Below, one piece after another: positions 1 to 9,129 of a DNA stretch of 33,343 nucleotides. The notes beneath the pieces are model-generated. The model ran no database searches, had not been told where the DNA came from, and was given only the letters and a program-made list of their open reading frames with translations. The stretch's first letter is position 1; every line of letters starts with the position of its first letter. A program made the translations under genes and the position numbers. The stretch lies in contig JAGXIA010000090.1 in NCBI GenBank assembly GCA_024635885.1, positions 1 through 33,343 on the forward strand, in the 5' to 3' direction. This stretch comes from Helicobacteraceae bacterium. Its GTDB lineage: Bacteria; Campylobacterota; Campylobacteria; Campylobacterales; Sulfurimonadaceae.

Positions 1-1853
1 CCAAACTCTATCGGGTCCATATCCACCTCTGCCAGGTCAACTTTACATGCTGAGATAGCTTTAATCAAATCTGTACTTTTGTCTGAACGCAGAAGAATCT
101 CAAAGCGGTACTTGTTTGCAACTCTTTCAATGCCACATTTACCAAAACCTACAATTTCCACATGCCCAAATCTTTTTAAAGACTCCTGCATTTTCAGCAT
201 CTGTTCTTTAGCTTTTAAACCATTTTTATGAGAAAATAAAACCCGGCAAAGTTTTTTATACGGCGGATACAACTCTTCTCTATAAGTTTTTTCTTCTTCT
301 AAAAATGCTTCATAGTTGTCAACATAAGCACTAAAAAACTCTTCATTGAAACTTTGAACCAAAACCTTGGCACTTTTCTTTCTACCGCTTCTTCCAGCCA
401 CTTGAATTAAAGACGATAGTGCCTTTTCTCTGGCTCTGTAATCACCCATATTAAGCATATTGTCCATGCCTAGAACAACTGCTAAGGTGACCCCGTGATA
501 ATCATGCCCTTTACTTAGCATCTGCGTTCCGACGAGAATATCTGTCTCTTTATCGTTAAATCTCTTGAGTGCTTTTTTTAGTTTGTTTTGAGTGGTAATG
601 ATATCTCTGTCAAACTGTTCTACTTTTGTCTTTGGAAACTCTTCGCCAATATTTTTAACAGCCTCAGCAGTTCCAAGACGAGAGCTAGTTAAGTTACCGC
701 TTCCGCACTCACAGCATACTTGAGGAATAGCCTGCGTAAAGTTACAGTAATGACACTTCAGAGCACGCGAATGTTGATGAATGCTCATCCCAATGCTGCA
801 AAACACACACTCGTAAGTATGACCGCAATCTTGACAGATAAGATACTTAAAATTTGCACGGGTTGGAAGAAAAACTATGCTTTGCTCTTTTGCGTCAACA
901 GTCTCTTTTAGTGTGTTTAAAATAAGCGGAGAGAGCGTTTCTATGGAGCGCTCATACACAAACTTCTTGTCCGAAGAAAAATGCCCGCCTTTAAGTCTGG
1001 CATGTGGAAACTTCACATAAGAGTTAAGGGAGGGCGTCGCACTTCCTAAGACTACCGGCACATTATAAAGCTTACCCATATAAATTGCTATGTCTCGGGC
1101 GTTGTAGCGTGGTCTTGAAGATGATTTATAGCTATCGTCATGCTCCTCATCTACCACAATCAGACCTAAGTTTTCAATAGGTAAAAAAAGAGCAGACCTT
1201 GGACCGGCTATAATATAAGCCGTTCCATCATAAATCTTTTCTAAGGCTTTTCTTTTTTGCAGAGGTGTGAGTTTTGAGTGCCACATTACAACTGCCTCGC
1301 CGAAATGCTCTTTAAGTCTTGTCTCCATTTGTGGTGTCAAAGAAATTTCCGGCATCAAAAATATAGAGCGATTTCCACATGCCATCATCTGCTCGAAATA
1401 TTTCATGTATATTTCTGTTTTTCCACTGCCTGTATCGCCGAAGAGAAGTGATATTTTATGTTGTTGTAGAGATTGTAAGGCTTTTTCTTGTTTTGTTGAT
1501 AATTTTATAGTACTAGGAAACGATGCTTTAGCTTCGCTAGAATATTCAGGCGAAGATAAAGCATCGCTTCCAAATGGAGTCATCAACCCAAGCGCTTCAC
1601 CTAGAGAACAAACATAATAAGTAGAAATAAAGCGAGCCAATTCTATCTGCTTTGGCGAATAAAAAAACTCTGAGACTTCTAAAATCTCACTAGTTTTAAA
1701 CTCAGGTTCTTGGGTTTTGGAAATTACAATACCTTTTGAATTTTTATTTCTTAAAACTATATCTACTATAGTTCCTGTTTTAATCTCTGTGTTGAAGTGG
1801 TAAGTGAGGGAAGATAAAGGTGAAGAGAGGATTGCTAGTTCATAAAAATACAC
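1..1853 (-). CDS. priA: Primosomal protein N' (replication restart helicase); 3' end runs just off the window edge
   Basis: Not in the ORF track; translated by hand from GTG at 1853 (AGAGGA upstream): MYFYELAILSSPL..., Walker A LFGDTGSGKTE, IVVDEEHDDSYK, Cys-rich zinc region CQDC..CVFC..CHYC..CCEC, ending ...EVDMDPIEF at the edge. Confidence 0.95.
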   Translation of the reverse strand, partial: MYFYELAILSSPLSSLTYHFNTEIKTGTIVDIVLRNKNSKGIVISKTQEPEFKTSEILEVSEFFYSPKQIELARFISTYYVCSLGEALGLMTPFGSDALSSPEYSSEAKASFPSTIKLSTKQEKALQSLQQHKISLLFGDTGSGKTEIYMKYFEQMMACGNRSIFLMPEISLTPQMETRLKEHFGEAVVMWHSKLTPLQKRKALEKIYDGTAYIIAGPRSALFLPIENLGLIVVDEEHDDSYKSSSRPRYNARDIAIYMGKLYNVPVVLGSATPSLNSYVKFPHARLKGGHFSSDKKFVYERSIETLSPLILNTLKETVDAKEQSIVFLPTRANFKYLICQDCGHTYECVFCSIGMSIHQHSRALKCHYCNFTQAIPQVCCECGSGNLTSSRLGTAEAVKNIGEEFPKTKVEQFDRDIITTQNKLKKALKRFNDKETDILVGTQMLSKGHDYHGVTLAVVLGMDNMLNMGDYRAREKALSSLIQVAGRSGRKKSAKVLVQSFNEEFFSAYVDNYEAFLEEEKTYREELYPPYKKLCRVLFSHKNGLKAKEQMLKMQESLKRFGHVEIVGFGKCGIERVANKYRFEILLRSDKSTDLIKAISACKVDLAEVDMDPIEF

Positions 1854-1870
1854 TGCAATCCTCTGGAATA

Positions 1871-2332
1871 TTAGTTTACTAGATTACTACAAATAGCAGG
1901 AGGTGTTGTTGTATTTAAATCAAATTTTCCTGTGCTATCATCATAAGTGAAATCACAATCTTGTGAACCGACTTTATATGTATAGTGTATAAAAGGAGCT
2001 ACAGCATCCGTTGTACTCCAGTGTCCATCTGTAGTACCTTTCGTAATACCATACATAAGTAACTCACTTCCAGCTGTACCATTACCATCAAAAAGTGTGG
2101 TCGTTGCACTGCTCAAACTATTTATATAAGCAGAATCACCTTTTATAAGCCTGCTTTGTCTTTCAGTAACAATAGCAGAACGTATAGAAGCAATATCCGC
2201 TCGACCTTTAGATATCTGGGCATCAGTTCTAGTTGCTGCAAACTTAGGAATAGCGACTGCCGCTAATATTCCTAAAATAACAATAACAAATACTAGCTCA
2301 ATCATTGTAAAAGCTTTTTTATTTTTTTTCAT
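1871..2332 (-). CDS. Type IV pilin / type II secretion pseudopilin-like protein
   Basis: Class III signal peptide KKA|FTMIELVFVIVILGILAAVAIP with Glu at +5; two C-terminal Cys. Confidence 0.9.
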   Translation of the reverse strand: MKKNKKAFTMIELVFVIVILGILAAVAIPKFAATRTDAQISKGRADIASIRSAIVTERQSRLIKGDSAYINSLSSATTTLFDGNGTAGSELLMYGITKGTTDGHWSTTDAVAPFIHYTYKVGSQDCDFTYDDSTGKFDLNTTTPPAICSNLVN

Positions 2333-2371
2333 TGAAAATTCCTTAAATTAATAATACATCATTCGTTTGAT

Positions 2372-2380
2372 ATATTAGCA
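2372..2380 (-). promoter_or_regulatory. Candidate extended -10 promoter (TGcTAATAT) for the pilin-priA unit
   Basis: TGnTAATAT about 40 nt upstream of the ATG at 2332. Confidence 0.4.
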
Positions 2381-2443
2381 TGATTTAGATTATTTAAGTT
2401 TGAAGTTTGTGATTTTAAAGAGAGAAGAGTTTGTTGATATGTA

Positions 2444-2464
2444 TTCCCACGTAAAACGTGGGAA
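2444..2464. repeat. 9-bp perfect inverted repeat (TTCCCACGT-AAA-ACGTGGGAA); REP-like element or mRNA 3' hairpin
   Basis: Read directly; 15 nt past the stop of the 123-aa pilin; no clear U-tract. Confidence 0.6.
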
Positions 2465-2479
2465 CGGAAAGATTTAGTT

Positions 2480-2851
2480 TTAATAAACTACGCTAGAGCC
2501 ACCAAATACTTTTGTGCCATTAAGATCCCTATCACTAGCCATAGTATGAGCTGTCTTACAAAATACTTGTCCGCCAGTAGTTCCAACAGTAATATTACCA
2601 TCACCATTATCAGTTATTGTAAAACATTGTAATTGCTTACAAGCAGATGATAAATTAACATCAGTAATATTGCCCTCACCAGTATACATACCAGCTAAAT
2701 CTGAAATACATGTAGCTAAATTTGAAACATCTGTTGAAGTTTTTGCATCATCACGAGTAGCAGCAAGCTTTGGAATGGCAACAGCTGCCAAAATACCTAA
2801 AATAACGATAACAAAGATCAATTCGATCATAGTAAAACCAGCTCTTTTCAT
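2480..2851 (-). CDS. Type IV pilin / pseudopilin-like protein
   Basis: MKRAG|FTMIELIFVIVILGILAAVAIP prepilin cleavage/methylation motif; AAGGAG RBS; four Cys in the globular part. Confidence 0.9.
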   Translation of the reverse strand: MKRAGFTMIELIFVIVILGILAAVAIPKLAATRDDAKTSTDVSNLATCISDLAGMYTGEGNITDVNLSSACKQLQCFTITDNGDGNITVGTTGGQVFCKTAHTMASDRDLNGTKVFGGSSVVY

Positions 2852-2998
2852 AAAGAACTCCTTGAGTTAAAAAATACGAGTTACTCTAGTAACCTTGCAA
2901 GCATTATGCAGTAGATAATGTTAAGTCTTGCTTAAATAATATATATAGTTATATAAGTGTTTATTATCTCAAAAACTACACAAATAAAATAAATATAA

Positions 2999-3016
2999 TT
3001 GGAACTAAACTTGCTT
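2999..3016 (+). promoter_or_regulatory. Sigma-54 (-24/-12) promoter of the flgB operon
   Basis: TTGGAACTAAACTTGCTT: GG(3001-2)-N10-GC(3013-14), matching the Campylobacterota RpoN consensus, about 30 nt upstream of flgB. Confidence 0.9.
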
Positions 3017-3045
3017 ATAATATTTTAATTAAAAAAGGAGTTCAG

Positions 3046-3477
3046 ATGAGCATTCAAATATCAGCTACACATAGTTTAATTAAAGATGCTCTTGACTACA
3101 GAGCAGCGCGTCAAGATATGATTTCATCTAACATTGCAAATGCTGACACTCCTTTTTATAGACCAAGAGACATAAGCTTTGAAGAGACCCTTCGTGCTAA
3201 AAAAGAAGAAATCTTCGGTGAGAGTAACACGAAGTTAGAACTTGCCAATACAAATGGTTCACATATTCCTCTTAATAATAAGAAAGGCAGTTACAAGCCT
3301 ACTCTTTTTTACAGAGACGGACACATGGCAAGAAATGATGGCAATAGCGTTGATATAGATGTAGAGACTACAGAGATGAGTAAAAACTCCCTTATGTTTA
3401 ACGCTCTTATTCAAGCAAATAAAAAAGATGCAATGATTTTTAAAAGCGTAATTGACGCTTCATCGAAGTTACAGTAA
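3046..3477 (+). CDS. flgB: Flagellar basal-body rod protein FlgB
   Basis: RQDMISSNIANADTPFY and RNDGNSVDID motifs; AAGGAG RBS. Confidence 0.97.
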   Translation: MSIQISATHSLIKDALDYRAARQDMISSNIANADTPFYRPRDISFEETLRAKKEEIFGESNTKLELANTNGSHIPLNNKKGSYKPTLFYRDGHMARNDGNSVDIDVETTEMSKNSLMFNALIQANKKDAMIFKSVIDASSKLQ

Positions 3478-3487
3478 GGAGAGTCTG

Positions 3488-3982
3488 ATGAGTAATTTTT
3501 TAAACAGTTTTGACATAAGCGGTTACGGTTTATCTGCGCAGAGAGTTCGTGTAAATACGATTTCCAGTAACATTGCTAATGCACAGACTACAAGAACAGC
3601 AGAAGGCGGACCGTATAGACGCCAAGAGGTAGTTTTTAAAGCTATCAACTTTAATGAGGAGTTCAACAAAGCGTTGGGTGGCTCAACAAACAGTGCAAAA
3701 TACCAAGACCCTTTGAGCGAAGGCTCGTTTGGCAAAAAAGTTAATCCTGCTATAATGAGTGTAATAGTTGACAAAATATCACGTGATGACAGTGAACCAA
3801 AGATGAAGTTTGACCCACAACACCCAGATGCAGATGCAAACGGTTATGTTGCGTACCCAAATATTAATCCTGTCATCGAAATGGCCGATTTAGTTGAAGC
3901 GACACGTTCTTATCAGGCAAATGTTGCTGCATTTGAGAGCGCAAAAAGTATGGCTAACAGTGCCATTTCACTGTTACAATAA
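3488..3982 (+). CDS. flgC: Flagellar basal-body rod protein FlgC
   Basis: SGLSAQR-like start, NIANAQTTR, GPYRR, HPDAD, NINPVIEM, RSYQAN; start moved to ATG 3488 after AAGGAG. Confidence 0.97.
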   Translation: MSNFLNSFDISGYGLSAQRVRVNTISSNIANAQTTRTAEGGPYRRQEVVFKAINFNEEFNKALGGSTNSAKYQDPLSEGSFGKKVNPAIMSVIVDKISRDDSEPKMKFDPQHPDADANGYVAYPNINPVIEMADLVEATRSYQANVAAFESAKSMANSAISLLQ

Positions 3983-3997
3983 AACGGGGGTTGAGTT

Positions 3998-4303
3998 ATG
4001 AGTAATATTAGCGGAATTTCAGGCGCATCGACTGCCGAATTATTAAAACAAAAAGATAAAATTGAAAAAGCCAGTGGTGGTGGTGATGCCTTTGCTAAGC
4101 ACTTAACATCTGCTCTGAATGAAGTCAATGAACTCCAAGTAGATAGTGAGAAAGCTATCGGAGACTTGGCAACTGGGCAGGTTACAGACCTTCATCAGGC
4201 GGCTCTTGCGATTAATAAAGCAGAAGTAAGTATGAAACTTATGCTTGAAATAAGAAATAAAGCACTCAGTGCTTATAAAGAATTAGGTAGAACACAGCTA
4301 TAA
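3998..4303 (+). CDS. fliE: Flagellar hook-basal body protein FliE
   Basis: DLHQAALAINKAEVSMKLMLEIRNKALSAYKE; position after flgC. Confidence 0.95.
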   Translation: MSNISGISGASTAELLKQKDKIEKASGGGDAFAKHLTSALNEVNELQVDSEKAIGDLATGQVTDLHQAALAINKAEVSMKLMLEIRNKALSAYKELGRTQL

Positions 4304-4313
4304 TAGTCCTCAA

Positions 4314-6083
4314 ATGTTAAACCAGAACAAAAGCAAAAAAATACTCCTTCTTTATGCCCTAATTGCTTTAGGGTTTTTTATATTTTTAAGTGTAATGCTT
4401 CTTACAGTAGTAAAATATCGTGATCTTCCTTCACTGTATACTGAGGAGAGCTCAAAGGCCGAGAGAGGAAACATCATCAGTGCCGATGGGTTTCATATTG
4501 CAACCACTAAGAAACTCTACAAAGCTGTTGTAAATACTTATTATATAGATCCACAAAAAAAAGAACTTTTTATACAACTTTTCAGTATTTACTCAGGAAT
4601 AAGTGCAAGTGAGATTAAAGATAAACTAAGCCAAAGAAATGGGGTAGTAGTTCTAAGCTACGACATTGCGGAAAAACAAGCTCAATATTTAAAAAGACTT
4701 GCATTTGAGCTTAGAAGATTCGATGTATTTATAGCTAGAGAAAATAAAAGAACCGGGCAAAGAACACTGCATGGACTGAGTATTATAGAGAGTGGAGAGA
4801 GTAGAGAATATCCTTATGGAAATCTATTGACCCCTATTATTGGTTACCCGCACAAAATTGAAGATGATGGCTACACACGAATCAAGGGTGTAAAAGGCTT
4901 AGAAAAAAGATTTGATTTAGAGTTGTCCTCAAGGCAGGATGCCAGTAGCAAAGGTCCTCGTGACGTCAATAATTACATCATCTTAAATAAAGAGAGTTTT
5001 ACAAAACCTGCCATAAACGGCTTGGACATTAAACTTAATATTCCTGTTGCTCTGCAAATAAAAATAGAAAAGATGTGTGATGCCATGAAAGTCGAGCTCG
5101 AAGCCAAAGAAGTAATGGTAGCCATTATGGATTCTAATAATGGCAAGGTTTTAACGCTTGCTAGCTCCAACAGATACTTTCCAAAAGATATTAAAACGAG
5201 CGATTATTCTTCTCTTAACAGTGGAATGACTGAGTATAGTTTTGAGCCTGGAAGTGTAATTAAAACACTTACTTTTTCTCTTCTTTTAGATAAAGACTTA
5301 GTTAATCCCTATGATTTGGTAAATGGACATAATGGTAGATTTAAGATTGGAAGAAAAGTCATAACAGATGAGCATAACTTTGATTGGCTCAGTGCTGAGA
5401 ATGTAATAGTTCACTCTTCAAACATAGGAATGGCACAATTAGCGCAAAGATTGTCTGGATATGAATTTAATCAAGGTCTAATAAGATTTGGTTTGTCACA
5501 AAAATCTACGCGTGATTTAATATATGAAAAAAAAGGGTCTGTCCCAAGTGCCACAAGACTTGAAAATGAGATCTATAAGGCAACTTCTTCTTATGGTTAT
5601 GGAATGAAAGTGAATCTTATGCAACTCATACGTGCTTACAGTGCTTTTAACAATAACGGTCGAATAGTCTACCCTAAAATAGTGCATAGTTTCATTGACG
5701 AATACAAACGCGAAATTCTAATTCCAAGTGAAGAGCAGGTACAGGTTATAAAAAGTTCTACAGCTGCGAGAGTAAAAAATATTCTCATAAAAACTGTCAA
5801 CAAAGGTACGGGAGTTAATGCTATAACGGAAGGTTTAGAGGTAGGCGGTAAAACCGGAACTGCCCATATGGTTGAAAAAGGAAGATATGTAAACCGCTAC
5901 AACACAACATTTGTGGGGTTTGCAAATGATGCAAGTCATACCTATACGATGGGAGTAGTTGTCAGAGAACCCCAAAAAAGTCAATTTGCTTCTCAAACAG
6001 CCGTTAGCGTATTTAAAAAAGCGGTAGATATTCTGCTTGAAGAGAGTTACTTAACTCTCTTAGAGCCAAATGTTGTCCAGTAG
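4314..6083 (+). CDS. ftsI: Class B penicillin-binding protein (septal transpeptidase FtsI/PBP3)
   Basis: N-terminal TM; RGNIISADG, REYPYG, SxxK (GSVIK), SxN (SSN), KTG (KTGT); same position after fliE as in Helicobacter/Campylobacter. Confidence 0.85.
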   Translation: MLNQNKSKKILLLYALIALGFFIFLSVMLLTVVKYRDLPSLYTEESSKAERGNIISADGFHIATTKKLYKAVVNTYYIDPQKKELFIQLFSIYSGISASEIKDKLSQRNGVVVLSYDIAEKQAQYLKRLAFELRRFDVFIARENKRTGQRTLHGLSIIESGESREYPYGNLLTPIIGYPHKIEDDGYTRIKGVKGLEKRFDLELSSRQDASSKGPRDVNNYIILNKESFTKPAINGLDIKLNIPVALQIKIEKMCDAMKVELEAKEVMVAIMDSNNGKVLTLASSNRYFPKDIKTSDYSSLNSGMTEYSFEPGSVIKTLTFSLLLDKDLVNPYDLVNGHNGRFKIGRKVITDEHNFDWLSAENVIVHSSNIGMAQLAQRLSGYEFNQGLIRFGLSQKSTRDLIYEKKGSVPSATRLENEIYKATSSYGYGMKVNLMQLIRAYSAFNNNGRIVYPKIVHSFIDEYKREILIPSEEQVQVIKSSTAARVKNILIKTVNKGTGVNAITEGLEVGGKTGTAHMVEKGRYVNRYNTTFVGFANDASHTYTMGVVVREPQKSQFASQTAVSVFKKAVDILLEESYLTLLEPNVVQ

Positions 6084-6881
6084 CCTCGTTTCTCCCACTT
6101 TAGCCTCGACTAAAATAACAGTGTTGCCTATTTCCACATGCCGCACTAGTTCAAAGTCTCGATTTAATATTTCGACATAAGATATTTCCAAGGGCGTTAA
6201 GATTTCTCTCATCTTAGTAATTATTGTATTTGTATCTAAGATTTTTTGACTAATCATTTTACCTGCCTGATAAAGCGAAGCCGGGATTTTCAATGCTTCT
6301 TTTCTCTCTTGTTGACTCAGGTAAATATTTCTACTGCTCATTGCAAGTCCGTCGCTTTCTCTGGCTGTATCTACAGGTACTATATTTACACTCATAAACA
6401 TTTGCTTAACCATCAAAGAGATTAAATTTAACTGCTGTGCGTCTTTTTTTCCAAAATAAGCGTTTGTAGGATTAACTATGTTAAAGAGCTTCATTACAAC
6501 AGTCAATACCCCATTAAAATGAGAAGGTCTGCTTGCTCCCTCAAGTACAAAACCTCTGATTTTTGGTGCCAAGAGACCTACTTCATCTTCAGTATACATA
6601 TCTTTGGCATGTGGAAAAAAAAGAACATCTACGCCACTCAATTTGCATATCTGCTTATCGGCTTCATCTTTTTTTGGGTACTTCTCTAAGTCTTCGCCTT
6701 TTAAAAATTGAGTCGGATTTAAAAATATAGAGACAACAACTATTTCATTTTCTTTGCGTGCTTTTTTTATCAGTGAAATATGCCCTTCATGCAAAGCACC
6801 CATAGTTGGTACAAATCCTATACTTTGCTGAGAATTTTGTAAATACTCTTTTAACTCTTTTGGAGTTGAAATAATCTTCAT
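6060..6881 (-). CDS. panC: Pantoate--beta-alanine ligase
   Basis: FVPTMGALHEGH, NPTQF, FGKKDAQQ, DGLAMSSRN, RLLDN. Confidence 0.98.
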   Translation of the reverse strand: MKIISTPKELKEYLQNSQQSIGFVPTMGALHEGHISLIKKARKENEIVVVSIFLNPTQFLKGEDLEKYPKKDEADKQICKLSGVDVLFFPHAKDMYTEDEVGLLAPKIRGFVLEGASRPSHFNGVLTVVMKLFNIVNPTNAYFGKKDAQQLNLISLMVKQMFMSVNIVPVDTARESDGLAMSSRNIYLSQQERKEALKIPASLYQAGKMISQKILDTNTIITKMREILTPLEISYVEILNRDFELVRHVEIGNTVILVEAKVGETRLLDNIWL

Positions 6882-6898
6882 TTTAAGCCTCTATTTAA

Positions 6899-6914
6899 TA
6901 TAATCGCAATTATA
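6899..6914. promoter_or_regulatory. Two overlapping divergent -10 boxes (prfB on +, panC on -)
   Basis: TATAAT at 6899-6904 (+) and TATAAT at 6914-6909 (-) in a 51-nt intergenic region. Confidence 0.5.
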
Positions 6915-6932
6915 CACTAATGGATTGACTTT

Positions 6933-8030
6933 ATGGATGATTACGAATATACAGAACTATTAAAAAATATAGAAATAAAAATTAACAATATTGCAGGCGT
7001 AGTTGAGCCCGAAAAAATACAAAGCAGACTACTTGAAATAAAAGAGTTGGAAAATGATCAAGATTTTTGGAACGATGCTTCCTTTGCTGCAGTAATACAA
7101 AAGGAAAAAACGCAACTCCAAAGAAAGCTAGATAAATTTTATGTTGCTAACGATGCACTAAATGATGCTTTAGAGCTTCATGACATGTCCAAAGAGGAAA
7201 AGGATGAAGAATCACTTGGCGCTCTCTATGATGATGCTGGCGCACTTGAAAAGCTTATAAGAGATATGGAGATAGAAGTTCTGCTCAGTGGTGAAAATGA
7301 TGCAAACAATGCGATTCTTTCCATTCACCCGGGAGCTGGCGGAACTGAGAGTCAGGACTGGGCAGAGATGCTTTTAAGAATGTATAAACGCTGGGCTGAA
7401 AGACACCACTTTAAAGTTGAAGTTCTTGATTATCAAAATGGAGAAGAAGCAGGTATCAAAGATGTCTCAATTATGATAAAAGGTGAAAATGCCTATGGTT
7501 ACCTTAAAGTAGAAAACGGTATTCACCGTCTTGTTAGAATTTCACCTTTTGATTCTAACGCCAAAAGACACACCTCTTTTAGTTCGGTTATGGTCTCACC
7601 TGAAATTGATGATGATATTAATATCGTAATTGATGATAAAGATATTCGTGTTGACACATATAGATCAAGCGGAGCGGGTGGTCAGCATGTTAATAAAACA
7701 GAATCTGCAATACGCTTAACGCATATAGCAACAAATGTTATAGTTCAGTGTCAAAATGACAGAAGTCAGCATAAGAATAAAGCTACTGCTATGAAAATGT
7801 TAAGGTCACGACTATATGAATTAGAGCTAGAAGCTCAAAAAGCCGAGAAAGACGGCGTAACAAAAAGTGAGATTGGATGGGGGCATCAAATCCGTTCTTA
7901 TGTGATGCAGCCCTATCAACAGGTAAAAGACTCCAGAAGTAATGAGACCTATTCAAATATTAGTGCAATACTCGATGGCGATATTGATAAGATGATAGAG
8001 GGAGTTTTAATAGCCCAGAATAAATCCTGA
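6933..8030 (+). CDS. prfB: Peptide chain release factor 2
   Basis: SPF specificity motif (RISPFD), GGQ motif; single uninterrupted frame. Confidence 0.98.
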   Translation: MDDYEYTELLKNIEIKINNIAGVVEPEKIQSRLLEIKELENDQDFWNDASFAAVIQKEKTQLQRKLDKFYVANDALNDALELHDMSKEEKDEESLGALYDDAGALEKLIRDMEIEVLLSGENDANNAILSIHPGAGGTESQDWAEMLLRMYKRWAERHHFKVEVLDYQNGEEAGIKDVSIMIKGENAYGYLKVENGIHRLVRISPFDSNAKRHTSFSSVMVSPEIDDDINIVIDDKDIRVDTYRSSGAGGQHVNKTESAIRLTHIATNVIVQCQNDRSQHKNKATAMKMLRSRLYELELEAQKAEKDGVTKSEIGWGHQIRSYVMQPYQQVKDSRSNETYSNISAILDGDIDKMIEGVLIAQNKS

Positions 8031-8033
8031 TAA

Positions 8034-8384
8034 TTAAGATTCAGGTTCTTCTTCTTTTTTTATAAAGCTATAACCCACAAAACCAACTCCTAAAACCATA
8101 GACAGAATCGTTAAATACTTCATCTGTTTTTCTTGATTGTTTTTGAGTTCTTCTAAATATTCTGAAGAACTCTGTTTTGCTGATTTTGAACTACTGCTTT
8201 GACCTGCAACACTCGCTTCCATTCTGGCGACATTGGCAGCTGCTATTTCAACTTCTGAAAAGCCCTCTTTTGGTGTTACCCAAAAATGTACTATAAAACC
8301 AAGCACTACCATTAAGCCACCGAGGGTTCTTAATATAACTGTTTTATGTTTTAAAAAAAATTCCAAAATATTCCTTTTACTCAA
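8034..8384 (-). CDS. Hypothetical membrane protein with two TM helices
   Basis: Two hydrophobic segments flanking a Ser-rich, charged loop; TTG start uncertain. Confidence 0.7.
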   Translation of the reverse strand: MSKRNILEFFLKHKTVILRTLGGLMVVLGFIVHFWVTPKEGFSEVEIAAANVARMEASVAGQSSSSKSAKQSSSEYLEELKNNQEKQMKYLTILSMVLGVGFVGYSFIKKEEEPES

Positions 8385-8415
8385 GATTTAATTTGAATTA
8401 TGTCAAACTTCGAGT

Positions 8416-9129
8416 ATGAATCTACTTAAAGAATTTGCCTTAAATGATAAATGTTCTTATCTAAAAGATAAAGAACAGACAACTCACTACAAAATAATTG
8501 ATAATTGTGATGCTTCCCACTGCCAAGAATTAATTGAACGCGGTTACAGACGTTTTGGTAAAATGTATTTTAGACCTATATGTTCCACATGCCAAGAGTG
8601 CCAAAGTATTAAAATTGATGTAGCTAGTTTTGAATTCTCAAAATCACAAAGAAGAGTTATTAAAAAGGGTGAAAAGTTAAAAAGTTATATTCAGGTACCA
8701 ACACTGACTCAAGAACATCTAACTCTATTTAATAAATACCATTTATACATGAAAGATAAAAAAGAGTGGGAGTTTCAAGAAACAACTGCCCAACACTATT
8801 ACAACTCATTTGTAAATGGACATAGTAACTTTGGATATGAAGTTTTGTATTTTGATGGGGATAAACTTATTGGTGTTGACTTAATAGATATCCTTGAAGA
8901 TGGTATTTCTTCAATTTACTTCTATTATGACCCGGATTATACTCAATTTTCCTTGGGAAAATTGTCTTTATATAATCAAATAAAATTTGCCAAAAAAAGT
9001 AATAAAAAGTGGATATATTTGGGTTATTATGTCCAAGAATGCCCTTCCCTGTCCTATAAGGCTCATTACAAACCATATATTACATTAAATGGAAGACCCT
9101 CAGAATATGAAGATTTTAACTGGAGTTAG
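8416..9129 (+). CDS. Bacterial ATE1-like aminoacyl-tRNA--protein transferase (Bpt family)
   Basis: CSYL, LIERGYRRFG..FRPICSTCQEC, SIYFYYDPD, YLGYY..CPSLSYK motifs of the ATE_N/ATE_C family. Confidence 0.9.
   Translation: MNLLKEFALNDKCSYLKDKEQTTHYKIIDNCDASHCQELIERGYRRFGKMYFRPICSTCQECQSIKIDVASFEFSKSQRRVIKKGEKLKSYIQVPTLTQEHLTLFNKYHLYMKDKKEWEFQETTAQHYYNSFVNGHSNFGYEVLYFDGDKLIGVDLIDILEDGISSIYFYYDPDYTQFSLGKLSLYNQIKFAKKSNKKWIYLGYYVQECPSLSYKAHYKPYITLNGRPSEYEDFNWS

Noticed and set aside
720-1617. Plus-strand ORFs 720-911 and 1267-1617
   Set aside because: Antisense to priA, which occupies 1-1853 on the minus strand; no recognisable motifs
2315-2329. Poly-A runs at the start of the 153-aa pilin as a phase-variation tract
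   Set aside because: Short A runs encoding Lys-rich leaders are common in AT-rich genomes; Campylobacterota phase variation usually uses longer G/C tracts
2670-5170. Short ORFs 2670-2870, 3523-3774, 3913-4128, 4973-5170
   Set aside because: Antisense shadows of pilin, flgC, fliE and ftsI
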